Source: Lingula anatina (Eukaryota > Animalia > Brachiopoda). From it: a stretch of DNA of 64,000 nucleotides. Both the position numbers and the translations under genes were made by a program. Where the stretch lies: the NCBI GenBank assembly GCA_051362555.1, contig CM120643.1, positions 21,208,848-21,272,847 on the forward strand, given 5' to 3'. Shown here piece after piece: positions 14,801 through 28,209 of this stretch (position 1 is the first letter of the stretch; every line of letters starts with the position of its first letter). The notes under the pieces were generated by a model, which saw only the letters and a list, made by a program, of their open reading frames with translations, searched no databases and had not been told where the DNA came from.

Positions 14801-17800
14801 GGTCTCCTTGCATGCACGAGAGTACTATTAGGGGGTGCGTTTGAATCTTAAACCAGGAAATAAAGCGCGACCTATAGCTCGGTCTCTTCGGTCCCTCCTC
14901 CCTCTGCCCTCCCCACCCCTCTTCCATACAACTTTGACGTCGACAGCACTACACACATTCACCTACTCTGAGCGTCTTCCTTGAGAGTTTAAGACAACAG
15001 TGGGCGTCACAAACAGGATATTTTGCAGACCATGTTTTCAAATGAAAATGTAAATGAAGGCTTTAATGTACCGCACGCATTAATTTGTTTTTTATTGAAA
15101 TTCAGATGCGGTTAACAGTGAAGTTATGGGACCATGGTTATTATGACAGGCGTTATGAGAGAAGCGTGGTAAACGTACATGGATTCAATGAGTGGGCAGG
15201 TTTGTGGTCGAACAGCATACCTTGAAAATAATGAGCTATAAAATTTTGAAGACTCGCGTAGCTCTAACGCTTCTCGATTCATGTGGTTGAAATGCCTGTC
15301 ATTTTTTATGGTAACTGGGGTCTCGAATGAGCGCTGCTTCTCCATACTATTTGTACCCTGTTTTACCTTGTTTACTTGGGGCTAGGATAAAATGCGAGGT
15401 TTAGCATGACGAAAAAATCTTTTGGTTTTCTTTGAAAATATTTCACGCAAAAAGGCATTTTGTTATTTCAATCAACTGTTTCTCATACCGATTGAGTTAC
15501 TAAGACTAGACATGATCTTGTACAGAATTGAGGTCAACAACATCGCAGTTTTAACTATCGAAATAACGACTAATATCCTAATTCCCTGCCGCTTATTTAC
15601 GCGGAATTCGTTCGTGAAAATAGACACACGGAAGTTCAGCTTTCGGGAGAGAACATGTTTTCTCTCTGTCAGGAAATGTCAACGAAAAACACGCAAGGAT
15701 TTGTTACATGACAAAAATGCGATGACGTCGACGAGGTTACATGTGATATGCAAAAGATTTGTTATTTACCGGTGCCGTGCGTGTGCTCGACGTGCAGTTT
15801 TATACGTGTATCTCAATGAAGCTATGGAGATGTGTAAACATAAAGCCAATGAAGTAGATTAATTATAGCGAAAACAGGAATATTTTAATTATCACAAATA
15901 CACAAGGAAAAAGCAAATTGGGTGGTTTATTTGATGTACGTAGTACATATATGGATGTTTTCTATCCATTTTTTTCCTTTTTCTTTTTGAATATTAAAAT
16001 ATGCAGAGTTTCTACCTACGTGTTAATTAATGAAAACAAACGAACAAAAAACAATTTGTTTTTGTATTTCTGATCATTATCAAAAAAATTGAGAAACTTC
16101 TTAATTTGCGAATTCATCTCGGTAGTATTATATTTGTCTTCGAATTAAATGTGCAGTGCATCACTTGAAATGTTTTATTATGTATTTCAACTTTACATTT
16201 TCCGGTGGAAAAAAAAAACCTGGGCCAGCTTCTAATATTTCCCAAGACGATAAGCGCGAAACGCCTTTAAGCAATTATCTGCTGTTGTTGTTTTTTTCTC
16301 GTTTAGCAGGTTGATAATATCGTTTTATGAATGGAAGACAAGCTATCTGTTGTATTTGCCTTCATCTCCTCGTGTTGTAACCCGATAACGACAGCGAGAA
16401 TGGTGGTCTAGATTGCCATTGTATAGAATAATGGCCCATCTTTTTTTGCCATTCATCTGTGAGACCTAGGTTTCCTGACAAAGTGCATCAGCACCCAGCT
16501 GTTCGCTCTGGTCTCTGAACCAAAACAGATTATTTCACACGCATTTGCCTTACATATATGATGGATTGCATTGTCGCGCTGTTTTCTATGAGGTGTTTGT
16601 CACTACTTACATAGCAGTGACCTTGGGCTACTCGTAAGGACTTGGACTTTTAGTTTGAAGGTAGTGCGTTTAGTTGCTGTCTGTTATTTTTCGTATCCTG
16701 CTGGAATTTGCATGTATAGATGACTATTATCGACATCCGCATAAATATTCACTGCATCCAATGTTGTGACAAAAATGAAATAAAATTTTAAATAGATAGC
16801 ACTCTTATGATGCAGACATCTTCCAAGGCAAAACATTTGTGATAATAGGAAAAAGTAAAAGGAAAAAATAGGACATAAAATAGAGCAGAATATAGTTTTT
16901 TTCTTTCCTTCCTGTATAACATTCCTGTCCTGAATTTTTTTCAAAATTTGTTGAGAGCTTTTGAGATACATTAGCATCCTATTCAATTCGATCCTATTCG
17001 CAGATGGAAACAACCTCTTTTCTTGGCGGGGGTAAAATGGGGGCACCATACAACAATACATTTTGGTAAGATAACCCAACTGTACTTTAAAAAAATCTGA
17101 GTACGAACTTTTTGAGCAGGGTCCAAATTCACCCACGGCGCGCCGTGTGATAAGGCACCCGTAGGGAGTAGAGTCGGTTGTCTTTCATCTGTTTGTTCAT
17201 TCATCTTTCTCTCGCCGAGTTGCATGACCAAGAACAGTCAACATTCCTTGCACATATCTGCTTGTGTAACTCGATTGTCTGAATCTGAATCGGTTGGTTG
17301 TTGTCTCGGACTTGTTTTTTCCGCTGACTGAAGTGATACCATTGCAATTACAGGCCCGTGTCGTTAAGCGATCGCCTTTAAGCTTTCTCCACGTGTATTT
17401 TTTATAAATGCCCTTGAGGGAGGGTGAAGATGAGAGGAAACTGCACAGATATTTTTTCTTTACATTGGGTCTTGGCAAAATGAAATTGAATGAACTGTTC
17501 TGAATAAAGGGTACTTTTGCAACACTGGTGAAAGTAAAGCACACTAAAGCCATGTAGCCATGCGCGTTAGACCTTTATATGACAAAAGTAATGATTTTCT
17601 GGAAAATATCAACAAATTTCTAGTATAACTTATCCAAAACTGTTGAAGTAATTGCTATACATAAAAACGTTTACAAGTTAATTTCTTTTTTTTCCGTCAC
17701 GACTAAAATTCTCCAGGCGGAATACCCATAAGTCGGGAGTAGCATATGAAAAAATTATACATGATTAGGCAGTTTTAGAAAAATAGAATTATTCTTTAGA

Positions 17801-18148
17801 GAAAAAAGCATCGGGATCCGGTTTCACACTTTATTTCAATCATATTTAGAATAAATATAACAAATTATTTTTCTGCATTATTTTAAAGGAAAGTGTGATT
17901 TATTAGATCTTGGTATTATTCCACCATGATGACCAGTCAAAAACAGGGGTTTCAGCTCCAACAAACGTCAATATATTTTTTTTTTAAGTTAATTCGTTCC
18001 CGTGTCACTCCGCACTTCTCTCCCCTGTCTCTTGGGTTTACTGTAATTTACTTTTAGTTCAGTCCTTTCTTGAAGCTGGCGTAGACATTTCACCATTTTC
18101 CTGCATGCACGCCAATCTGGGCTGTCATGTCATAGTAGTATGCCCTCT

Positions 18149-18194
18149 CCCCCCCCCCCCCCCCCACCCCCCCCCACCACCACCACCACCACCA
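18149..18194. repeat. Poly-C plus (CCA)n tract
   Basis: Direct reading of the sequence. Confidence 0.85.
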
Positions 18195-18988
18195 TACCTC
18201 AGAGTGTCGTCTGCTTTATTGGCCTGTGCTGGGCTAATTAAACGATTTATTGCTCCATGCACGACATTTTGCGATTAAGGGAATACCGCAGAACATCACA
18301 TCGTCCATCCAGAAGGTTGTTTGGGCTCCTACAAACAACAAAGAAAGTTCAGCTGCCAAGCGTCACGATCTCAGATCGTCGTCGTAATCAGACCGTTATG
18401 GGATATTTGAAACGTAGTTAAAAGTCATATTTTTGTCTTGTTTGAACGGTGAACATAATGGTTACACGTGTCGATTATTTATCGTTTGAAAAAGAAAGAC
18501 TATGAAAGCATGGTTAAATTTCGAGTGGATAAAAGAAGACTTTTTCCATTTCGACCGTGCCTTCACCGTCTTCGAATTCCTACCATTAAACAATACATCT
18601 TCTATGTTGCCATCGTCACCAAATCCCCTCAATAAGAAACAATAACCAGCATTTCTAAAACTTAAAATTCTTTTTTCCTCCCCAAGAGCAGTACTTATTT
18701 TGTAGGCCTTAGAGAGCAGGCTATGTGCGACGGTTTGGCAACGGAACGTTCGAGTCACGTCACCTCCCTCACTCACACCCACAATGCATTGGTTCTGCCC
18801 GGTTTTACTCAGGTGTGATCTTTTACAACAAACAAAGTCCACCTGTCAGATCTCAGAAGCACTGCTGATGGAAACATGAAGTACCGGTACAAAGGGAAAA
18901 ATTAGTACACGTTCGATAAATTTTCGTCCGCAAACTAGAATCAATATGTATATTTACCACACGTTCTTCAACACAAAATGAACATATT

Positions 18989-18998
18989 ACCCCCCCCC

Positions 18999-19029
<31 letters not shown>
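18989..19029. repeat. Poly-C plus (CA)n microsatellite
   Basis: Direct reading of the sequence. Confidence 0.9.
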
Positions 19030-19031
<2 letters not shown>

Positions 19032-22000
19032 GTCTATAAAGTCTACAAAGCCTCTTCTCTGCGGCGGACCCAATGCATTATTTAATCATGACCGATTTTA
19101 TTATTTAAAACTGGAAAGGGCAGACTTCTCCAACCGAACAGCTTAATTTCTATCTAAAAACATTTGACAACGACAGCGTGCGTTTAACCGATTTTGATTG
19201 CCTTTTCTTCAGTTTTTCTCTTATTGTAAGACTTGATATTAATGTCATCTTCTCCATTCACTGAGAGCATTGGCCTAAGCATGTTTTTGAGGTCAATTGT
19301 CATCTCTTGTCATTATGAATTAAAATATGGTGTGTGTGTGTGCGTGTGTGTGCATGCGTGTGCATGCGAATTATGCCAATTGATCTCGAAATTGGCTTTG
19401 AATAATAAAAACAAAAATCGCGCCCTGTACCTATAACATAGCAGTCTTTGGTACTAGTACACGTGTACTTCATACTACGTTGAAAATACCTTCCTTTGGA
19501 CTGATATTTCGCTGAAATGTACCGCAATCTTTGCATGTCTGCCAAGCATGCATGGAATAAAAAGCACATGTGCCTCCGTAAAATTTTGTCCGTGAACAAG
19601 AGTATACGTGGGTGAATTACATTCCAATGTACTTTTGAATACTCAGCGAAAAATGGGGAACCAGTTAATTTTATATCTCGCTCTCATACCCGAGAATTTT
19701 TATTTTATTTTATCTTATTTGGTTTTGGTTTAATTTTATGCGAATAGCGTGAATTAACTGCCTTGTACCGTGCACCGTTTCCTGGCTATACACGTGACTT
19801 TCTATTACACAATGAAATTCAATATGACGTTGCATTTCGACAACGTGACACCAGCCGTACAAAACATGTGCATAGAACTTGTGGTAAGTTGCGCGTGTAA
19901 CATGACGGACTCGAATGTCTCTGTGAATACTTGAGCCCCAGATCTAAGCAAGTGTACTCTCAAATGCCAATCTGGTAGTACTAGTGCACCCATCCTCGGT
20001 TTTAGATTTTATTTTCAAAAGATGTGGATATTCTGTTCTTGATATAGTACAAAATTCGGAGCACTGTGGTACACATTTTACCCAAAGACCTCTGCCTTGC
20101 GTGTCAAGAACCGGCCGGCGTGTAAAGCTTGGATGTGCGAGACCTAGCACGGTGCGCGCAGCCGAGGTCGTAAAATAAACCATTGTCGCAAACTAACCTT
20201 GAAAACATGTCAAAGGTCATATCAGGATAATATTTCAAATTTGGCGTCGCACCTCATAATCAACAAGAACAGCAGCAGCAGATCTATTTCATTATGGTGT
20301 ACTTATATCCAAGCCTATTTAAGGGGCCTTCCCACAATAGTATGTCACTCAGCCTCATGTGCGTGAATGTTTTGTAAGTTATCTAATTTGACTGTTAAAC
20401 AAGGGGACACTAAAGGCCTCTCTTTAATGGGTTGGATGTGCCAATCGTAATATTATTAAAATACCGTGTAGTTCTCCAGACTGCAACGGAGTTATTTGAA
20501 CCAAAAGCGTGAGAGTGTCAACCCTTTAGATATGCACCGATTGATCTGAGAGTCTGTAATTTCATCACAGGCCTACTTGGTAAAGTTATACAAATGGCAG
20601 GAACTACCGGTACTAGAAATATTTGGATATTTGAAAGGACCGTCGTATTTTGTGCGCCACAATATCGTTTTACCGTGAACTTTATGCACTAATAATGTAG
20701 CTTAACGGGTGAATGCAACAAAACTACTGGTATTTGGCGTATTTCGAAATGTGAATGTGATGAGATTACAACATCTCCAAAAGTCAAAGCGAGATCTTTC
20801 TTCATGGTGAAATGCATAAAAAGAAAATAATTTTTTATCCGGAAAATATATATAAACATATAATACTACTAAATATAAGTGTGTTTTACACTGAAAAATC
20901 AAATCCATCATCACTTTTCGGTGACTTTTACGAATAAATTCTTCTTAAACGTAAACTTATGTACTTTTAAGCCGCCTTATTTCCAGGGACCTAGCGTCTA
21001 TCAAAGGGCCACCTTTATCTTCAGGAATATAAGTCATACAAGTTATCAATATGATGCTCGTCAGACCGGGTTGCACTCCTGTTGTCGTCTTGAGAGACGT
21101 GCATAAAGTGTAACAGGTTGTAACTTGAGAACACTCAGGAAGTCGAAGGACATATAAATAGCACACGCCTATTTATAATAAGTAAACCGATCTTTTACGC
21201 ACCTGGATGGTGGACAATTGACGCCGTTCTACTGGAGTAAGATAAAAGTAAACAAACCACAAATATGACGCAAAAATAGAAATAATTTCACAGCCGGCTG
21301 AATTATCATTTTCCTGGCTGTGATAAGATAATTCGCTTAAACCATAGCATTAAGTAGGGAGTATCCCCTAATAAGTAAAACCAAAACCACTGGTTTCAGT
21401 TCTAGACAATAAATTATATATGATTACGCATTGTTCATTGAAATCATTTTTTCCTGAAAATCTTGTTCAGCAAGAAGACGTGAAAGCAGATTTCACGTGG
21501 TAAAAAAATGTCGCTTTCGGTTTAAAGAATTTCTTCGTCACCAGCAGCATGCAATACATTTTAAATAACATTGTGAAATCACCCAGAATGACTTCATAAC
21601 CCTACCTCAAAACTTTCATTCAAAGTTGTGCTTCAGGTTTCATCAGTAAAAAGGTTAAAGCCAGTAATGCAAACATGACACAAATGTAAGGTACATGTAC
21701 CCTCTACCGGGGCCACAGGTTGATTTTTCACTAGATGTTCACAGATATGTCTTTAGATAAATAGACGGTCATTTTTTCTCGATAGAGAAGAGTACACATA
21801 TTTTCTGCGGGCCTGGTAAAGGGTAAATGTAAGGCAACGCGGGCGAGGGTATTTTCACACGTACTCTGCAGTAGTCCAGAGGGCACGACAACTTAAATGG
21901 ATTTTTTTTATAAACGCTTCAAAAGGGAGTTAATCTATATAAGTCAACAGCAACAGATTTCATTGAGGAGGCCTTCTGCAAGTAACCCACAGCTTAACGA

Positions 22001-23596
22001 CCCCATTCACAAAAGAAAAAGCAAGAAAATCCTGTCACAATCTGACTTTATTACCTTTTCTTTCATGGTAGAATGATTTTCGAGAAAATTTTTAGGCACA
22101 TATGTATTTAATTTGAAATTTGGTTAGTTAGTTATTTACTTAGTTTGTTTGTTAGTTAGTTAGGGATATATCTGTTTATTTTCCATTTTTGTTCAAGTCT
22201 TTGTGTAAAAATATTTGTGGCTTGTTGAATACCGGTCATTCAATCTGTTTACTGGTCAAGACGGATCGAGTCGTCCTATTCTCAAAAGGGGCGTCACATT
22301 CCCTTATGTCCAGTTCGATGACGTTAATCTGCTTCATTGTTTACGTCATTAAATACTAATGGAGTCTACCGGTGGGTACCTACTGCCACGCTGATGGAAT
22401 TGGACGGGATCAATGCTGTTTTGGAGAATGTTAGACTGTCTGAGTTGTAAACACAATACGTTTAGAATTACAGCCATGCTCACTTTGGTAGATGGAATTT
22501 CAGTGTGATGCGGACGAAAACTAGGTGTATGTTTCGTGAGAAAGCTGAAGGGGAGAGGATGGGGGGGGGGGGGGGGGGGGGGTTCCAGACGAAATTCAAC
22601 TGTCTGTTGGATTTTAAAGGGAATAAAAGTTTTTAAAATTTTATCCCGTCAACAGTTTCAATTTTAATTCTTACTGATTATTTTACAGTATTATTAATTT
22701 GTTGTATTTGTATTTTAAACAGACTTTTTTTAAACTAAGATGCGTTTATTTCAAGAGCAAGAAATGCTTTTACAAATGCACTCATATTTTTTATTGATCT
22801 AGATTTAAACCATTTTAATGGTATTTCAAATTGCATGTTGTTAAGATAGCAAAAGAAAGATTCCGTCTTTTCTTGCCGTTTGTTTTTGTTTTAGTCCAAA
22901 TGACTTTAAAAAATGTTGACCATCGAAAGATAACAAACATCAGGTCAAATATTCGACCAGTGACACATATAGAGACTCGTGTTTCATCCGTTTTCATTCG
23001 ACCTGCTCTTTCACACGCAGATCTTATCGAATGGAAAGATGGTCAGTGATCTGCCTTCTTTTTCTCGCTTATAAACGAAGACATTTTTTTTTTATTTGGA
23101 ATCATGCTGCAATATGGGGTATTTGCAGAGGGTCTAGAAAAACAAGGGTGTATCATACAAAATTGTAAATGCATTTGCCCTTCGTCAACCAGATCTTTGA
23201 TGCCAAAATCAAGGATCATGTATGCTTTTTAAGCTCTTTATTAGGTATACTACCTGATAAATCACAAGAAATACTGCGTTTACAATGCGTATTTACACAT
23301 AAAGAGTATATGAAAGAATTAACTGTGAAGAAATATGACAAACTGTAAATTATTGAACTTGTGAACGCCTGTGGCATGAGGCCTTTAAGTTGTAATAAAT
23401 CTTTTCTTCTTATGCCTCTCGTCTGATCACATTGAATGATTCGGAGTACAGACAAGAATTTCCAACATTGCAACGGTGGTAAATGCACATAGTCATTGCT
23501 TTTCGTCACAACAAGCGCAATGGAAACTGGTTGTAAGATAGTTGGTGCCACTTCTCTAACGTGCCGTACCGTATTCCTTTTCCTGCGTGCAGTAAG

Positions 23597-23784
23597 CTAC
23601 GGAAGCCGACAGTTGTCATGTTATAAATAGTATGTTTAGATTAAAAGATACCAAGTCGTAAATACAAGACACCAAGTCTTACGAGATAGTCATGTCGTAA
23701 TAACGCCTTGGTATTTCGCAATTACGAATAAGTATCTGGTAATTACGACATTATTTTTAACATGACATCTGTCGGCTTTCGTAG
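23597..23784. mobile_element. MITE with terminal inverted repeats of about 26 bp
   Basis: CTACGGAAGCCGACAGTTGTCATGTT ... AACATGACATCTGTCGGCTTTCGTAG, flanked by AAG on both sides (possible 3-bp target-site duplication). Confidence 0.75.
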
Positions 23785-25561
23785 AAGGCGAAGTTTAACG
23801 TTAAAACATCCTTAAAGTTAAACATTAAAGCATTCCTAGAGAAAATGCACATCTAACGATATTATTAATTCTGTGCATCTCTTTGTGTATAGGTAACCTA
23901 GCGACATTATTACCCACTTCAAGTCATTATATACAAATTGTATAAATTTAAAAGAAGTAACTCTGATCAAATATTTAGGTTCCCTTGTTAAGGGAACTGA
24001 ACTCCCAAGCCGAAAGTACGTAGAGTAGATTGATATTTCTGGAATTTTGTCTCTGAAAAGGAAAAATTTAGAGAGGGTGAACTGAAACAGTGAAACAGAA
24101 AAAGATCAAAGAATTGCTTTAGTTTGAGATACTAGAAAAAAGTCTTTTAGGTTGGAGAGGCCCTGGTGCAAGGGGGGGGGTCAAAAACCTCTGAGCCTCA
24201 CACATTTTTCCAGTACAATGTATCACATACACTTAAGTCTTTGCTTCTGATTTAACGTAGAGCATAAATCTGTTTCGTTAAGACAAATTGCACGTCCACA
24301 CAAGCTGAGTGGCGATGGAAGTTAGGCGCAAGCGTGACTATAAACTCCCCCCTCACTCACTCTACTATCCAGACCTAGTGTCCCAGGCAACTTCCACCTC
24401 TTTCCCAGGCTCATGAAAATAAAAAATAAATAAATAAATAAAAATAAAAAAATGAAAAAAAAGGGACCAGAATGTGAGAATGATGACAATGAGCTGTAGA
24501 GGGTAGTCAAGAACTGGCAAACTACGTGTACAGGGGAAGATTAAACAAGTGTGTGGAGCCAGAAGGGTCTGTATTGAAAAATATCTTAGTCTGTCCGTAT
24601 GAGGCTCAAAACTTTTTGACGTCCCCTCTCACACATACCGAACGACAGCAAAGCCTGCAAGGCATATGAGAAAGTTAATTTAAGGTAAAAGATAGACTTG
24701 CAGTGTGATCGATATTGCTGCTATGTAATCGTATTCTGACACTATGAGCTACATGTATGAGCCTATAAGGTACAATCTTTAATATTCTAGTTGATATATA
24801 ACGGATTACTCATTTAAAACTGAAAAAGTACAGTGAAGATCAAATTCATTCACGACAATTTTCCTGAACAAATGCAGGATCTTTTGCCCTCTGTCGGGCG
24901 GTTGAGATGTACTGTGCCTCTTTGTTATCTACGAACAGGTCCCGCAGCTGCAGGTAAGGCACGCCGCTATCCTGCTTAATTTTGCCATATTCATTGTCTC
25001 TTCTTCAACCTGTTTTTGCTCCGTAGGCGACGCCACTATCTCCATAAGACAAGGGCTTATCTGTGATTGGAGGCTTGAGGCAAAGTCTTAAAAAAAGACA
25101 GAAACTGAGATGACTTTTTATGAGTTTAATATTGAACTCTTTAGGATTATATGAAGTATTGCTGACAGCAGTCAAGAGCCATCATCAATGCGCGTGATTA
25201 TTAAATTTTCCGGATTATCCTGCTAACCTTCAGATAAAGGTAATCTAACAAAGATCACATGATAAGAATTTAATAATCTGTCTACAAAAACATGATATCA
25301 GTTTTAAAAACCCGCAGCTCATGTAATCCAAGGACTAAACCCCATTACCTTTTGCAATGTGCCGTGTCCACAACTTCAAGTCTGCCTTCAGCTGTTGGAA
25401 GTCTTCCTGCGTTATCCCTGGATCATCAACAGTCTTATCGGGTGGGACTATCGCTAAAATGATGTGCACAAAATGCATTTAAAACAGCTTTAAATTCTAT
25501 AAAAGACTATTTTACATTCATCACCTGTCAGGGCAGCTGGGCTTGCTCCATGCAAAATGAC

Positions 25562-25609
<48 letters not shown>

Positions 25610-25933
25610 ACTTGAAATAATTAGGGCTACAAATAACATATTTGCTTGCGTTTATATTGGAGATGACATGAACAGGTATATTCTTATGTCTTCAGAAGGC
25701 CTAATCCCAGTATCTATTATTTTAGTAATTCCGGGTGAGATTGATAACTTGAGCGTGCAAATTAATGAAAGAATTAATGAAAGCTATGTGAGCACTGTCT
25801 TAAATGAATAGCCCATGGTTTACTTTTGGCTGAATCCCCTGAAATACACGTACTTATTTAAGTTGGAAGTTTGTTAAATGACGTTAAGTTATAGTGATGA
25901 CATTTGTGATTCTTATTTCCTGATTTTTCAAAT

Positions 25934-25992
<59 letters not shown>

Positions 25993-26174
25993 TATATGCA
26001 CAGTTGTACACCTGCAAACATCATGTGCATTTTTTCTTATTATTTAAATGCATGATACTCACTTGAAACTGTGCATATAGTTTTATCTTCGCCTTGGAAA
26101 CCCCTTCGAGAGCAGCACTGTCATTTTCCCCAGCAGCTTTTACAGTTTCTTCGTCAGAATGATCCCCTTCCTTA

Positions 26175-26396
26175 AGCCCCCTTTACACTGGACGGCGTCC
26201 TTTCTGCGTCCAGCAGTACGGCCCCATTTGACAGTTAAAAATTTCAATACTTTACGTGCCGACAACTGGCCGATCATTGAGCATTCATTCTGATACAAAA
26301 TCAATGCTCGTGCCTCCTTATTTAGACCACAGCGATGCCAAATTTCATGGTCGCAGATAGGACGCAGAAAGGACGCCGTCCAGTGTAAAGGGGGTA
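26175..26396. mobile_element. PIF/Harbinger-type MITE
   Basis: About 35-bp TIRs (CCCCCTTTACACTGGACGGCGTCCTTTCTGCGTCC and its reverse complement). TTA target-site duplication at 26172-26174 and 26397-26399. Confidence 0.9.
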
Positions 26397-26571
26397 TTAC
26401 TCACAGGGGTTAAGGGCTGAATGTGTTCGCTGTCTTTTCTAACTCTAAGAACACCTAAGGCTGTAACGGCTGATTCCACTGAAATGCATACGTGTTTTTT
26501 ACGAGTGCAAATGATAAAATAACGATGAGATTATGGTGATTATGGCATTTGTGATAATTGAATTCCCCCAT

Positions 26572-26607
<36 letters not shown>

Positions 26608-26964
26608 TCTCTCTCGTTTGCACACACACACACACACACAGTTGTACGCCTATTAAAATTATAAGCATATCTTTCCTAATATACTCACTTGGAACACCCC
26701 ATTTCTCTTCGTCTAAGAAACACGGAGCCTCGGCCTGAACAACACTGACCTCTTCTAGAGCAGCTCTGTCATCTTCCACAGCAGTTTTGACAATATAGTC
26801 GTCAGAATTCACCCCTTCGTCTGTCACTGCACTCAAGGGCTGTGAAACTTCTTTGTTTATCCTTCCTCTTTGAACAACCGATGATGCTACAGCACTCACA
26901 GAGTCATTTACTGTTTGGTCAGAGTTGTTCCCTTTGGTCCTCTTTGTGATCAAAGACCGGGTGA

Positions 26965-27657
26965 AGCCTCCGTCACACTTATTCGGAATCAGCAGGAACC
27001 AAGCAGAACCAACCGGAATGACTAAATTTAAAAATTCGTACTACATTCGGGACGAAATTTCTAATTAACCTTAATTCTTGTAAGAATGCCGTTGGAATAC
27101 TCAGAATGCGCTTGAATCAGCCTGGAATGATTCGTGCACATTTCGGCTGTATTAGCTCTCAAATGCAGCTCGAATGCAGTTGGAAAACTAGGAATATCAA
27201 TAATGCTGTCAGAATGCAGTCAGAATATTAAGAATAAACTTCGAATGCCGTACATGTACCAGTGTAGTTCGGTTGCTGGCTGAAATAGGATCGAGTTGCA
27301 GTCGAATTGCATTCCGGCTCATTCTAGCAGGATTTGAAGTGTCTTGCCATTTCGGTTCTCCCTCGAATGTGATCAGAAAGTTTCGAATGCTGTCGGAATG
27401 CCGTGAGAATGTTTAGAATGCAGTCACAGTGCAGTTAGAATACTATTCAAATGCCATTCGATAATTTTCCACTTGGAATGCACTTCGAAAGTTTTTAACA
27501 TGAGCAAAACATTCGGGCCGGCCACAAGAATGCATGGGTAAAAATATTTGGAATGCACTCGGAATTTTTAGAATGCTCTTCGAATATCCAGGAACGCACA
27601 AAGAATTGTCTTACCGACGGCATTCTTGCTCATTCCGCCTCTAGTGTGACGGGGGTA
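26965..27657. mobile_element. PIF/Harbinger-type non-autonomous element
   Basis: TIRs AGCCTCCGTCACACT / AGTGTGACGGGGGTA, flanks TGA/TAA, and dense internal GAATGC/GCATTC repeats. Confidence 0.8.
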
Positions 27658-28209
27658 TAACAACAACCAAAAGTAAACAGACGTTCGGTTAACTCATCAT
27701 ATCAGTGGAGTGTGTATGCATGCGCTCGCTCCATTGAGCGTGCGCACAACTCCCTGCTTTAACTTTTCCATAGGCAACTACACAAGAGCACCTTTCATAA
27801 CAGCAGTATAATACCACGTGTACATTGGAGTCGTTATTGCTGTTGTCATAATATAATGATTTCCTTCAAAATAAAATCAGTTCTAAACCACAAGGGGCGT
27901 GTTCTTAATAAGATGCATTGGAATGGAAACACACACATAAACGAAATGATTAAAAAGGATAAATATTGGCGACAAGTCATGAATGGAGTGTTCAGAAATC
28001 GATATCTTGCACAGATGTTCATAATGACTAGTGTTAATCATGGGATTTATTGTAAAGCTGCGGTAACTTACATTGTACTATTTGGCGTTTTACTGTGCAT
28101 CCTTGCTATATACAATTGCACAACGAGAATACTTCATTTATCTAGAAGGTTGACGATAAAATTAATCCAGTTAAAAGGGGAGAGCTAGCGCTTTGTGGCG
28201 CAGCTGTTA

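Larger units (their letters stand above)
24929..27700 (-). pseudogene. Multi-exon pseudogene of a probable secreted protein. Exons: 27700-26689 (MITE inside), 26460-26063 (MITE inside), 25453-25349, 25086-24929
   Basis: After removing the MITEs the frame reads MMS*PNVCLLLVVVTRSLITKRTKG..., with GT-AG phase-1 junctions leading to the terminal exon DFASSLQSQ...ACLTCSCGTCS*. There is an in-frame TAA at codon 4 and an apparent frameshift in exon 2. Confidence 0.65.

Noticed and set aside
7400-24800. Many short ORFs of 60-150 aa
   Set aside because: No recognisable domains, many run through microsatellites, and I found no consistent splice chain.
26965-27657. Repetitive GAATGC array taken as CRISPR-like or satellite DNA
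   Set aside because: There is no regular repeat-spacer structure, the context is eukaryotic, and the array is bounded by TIRs.
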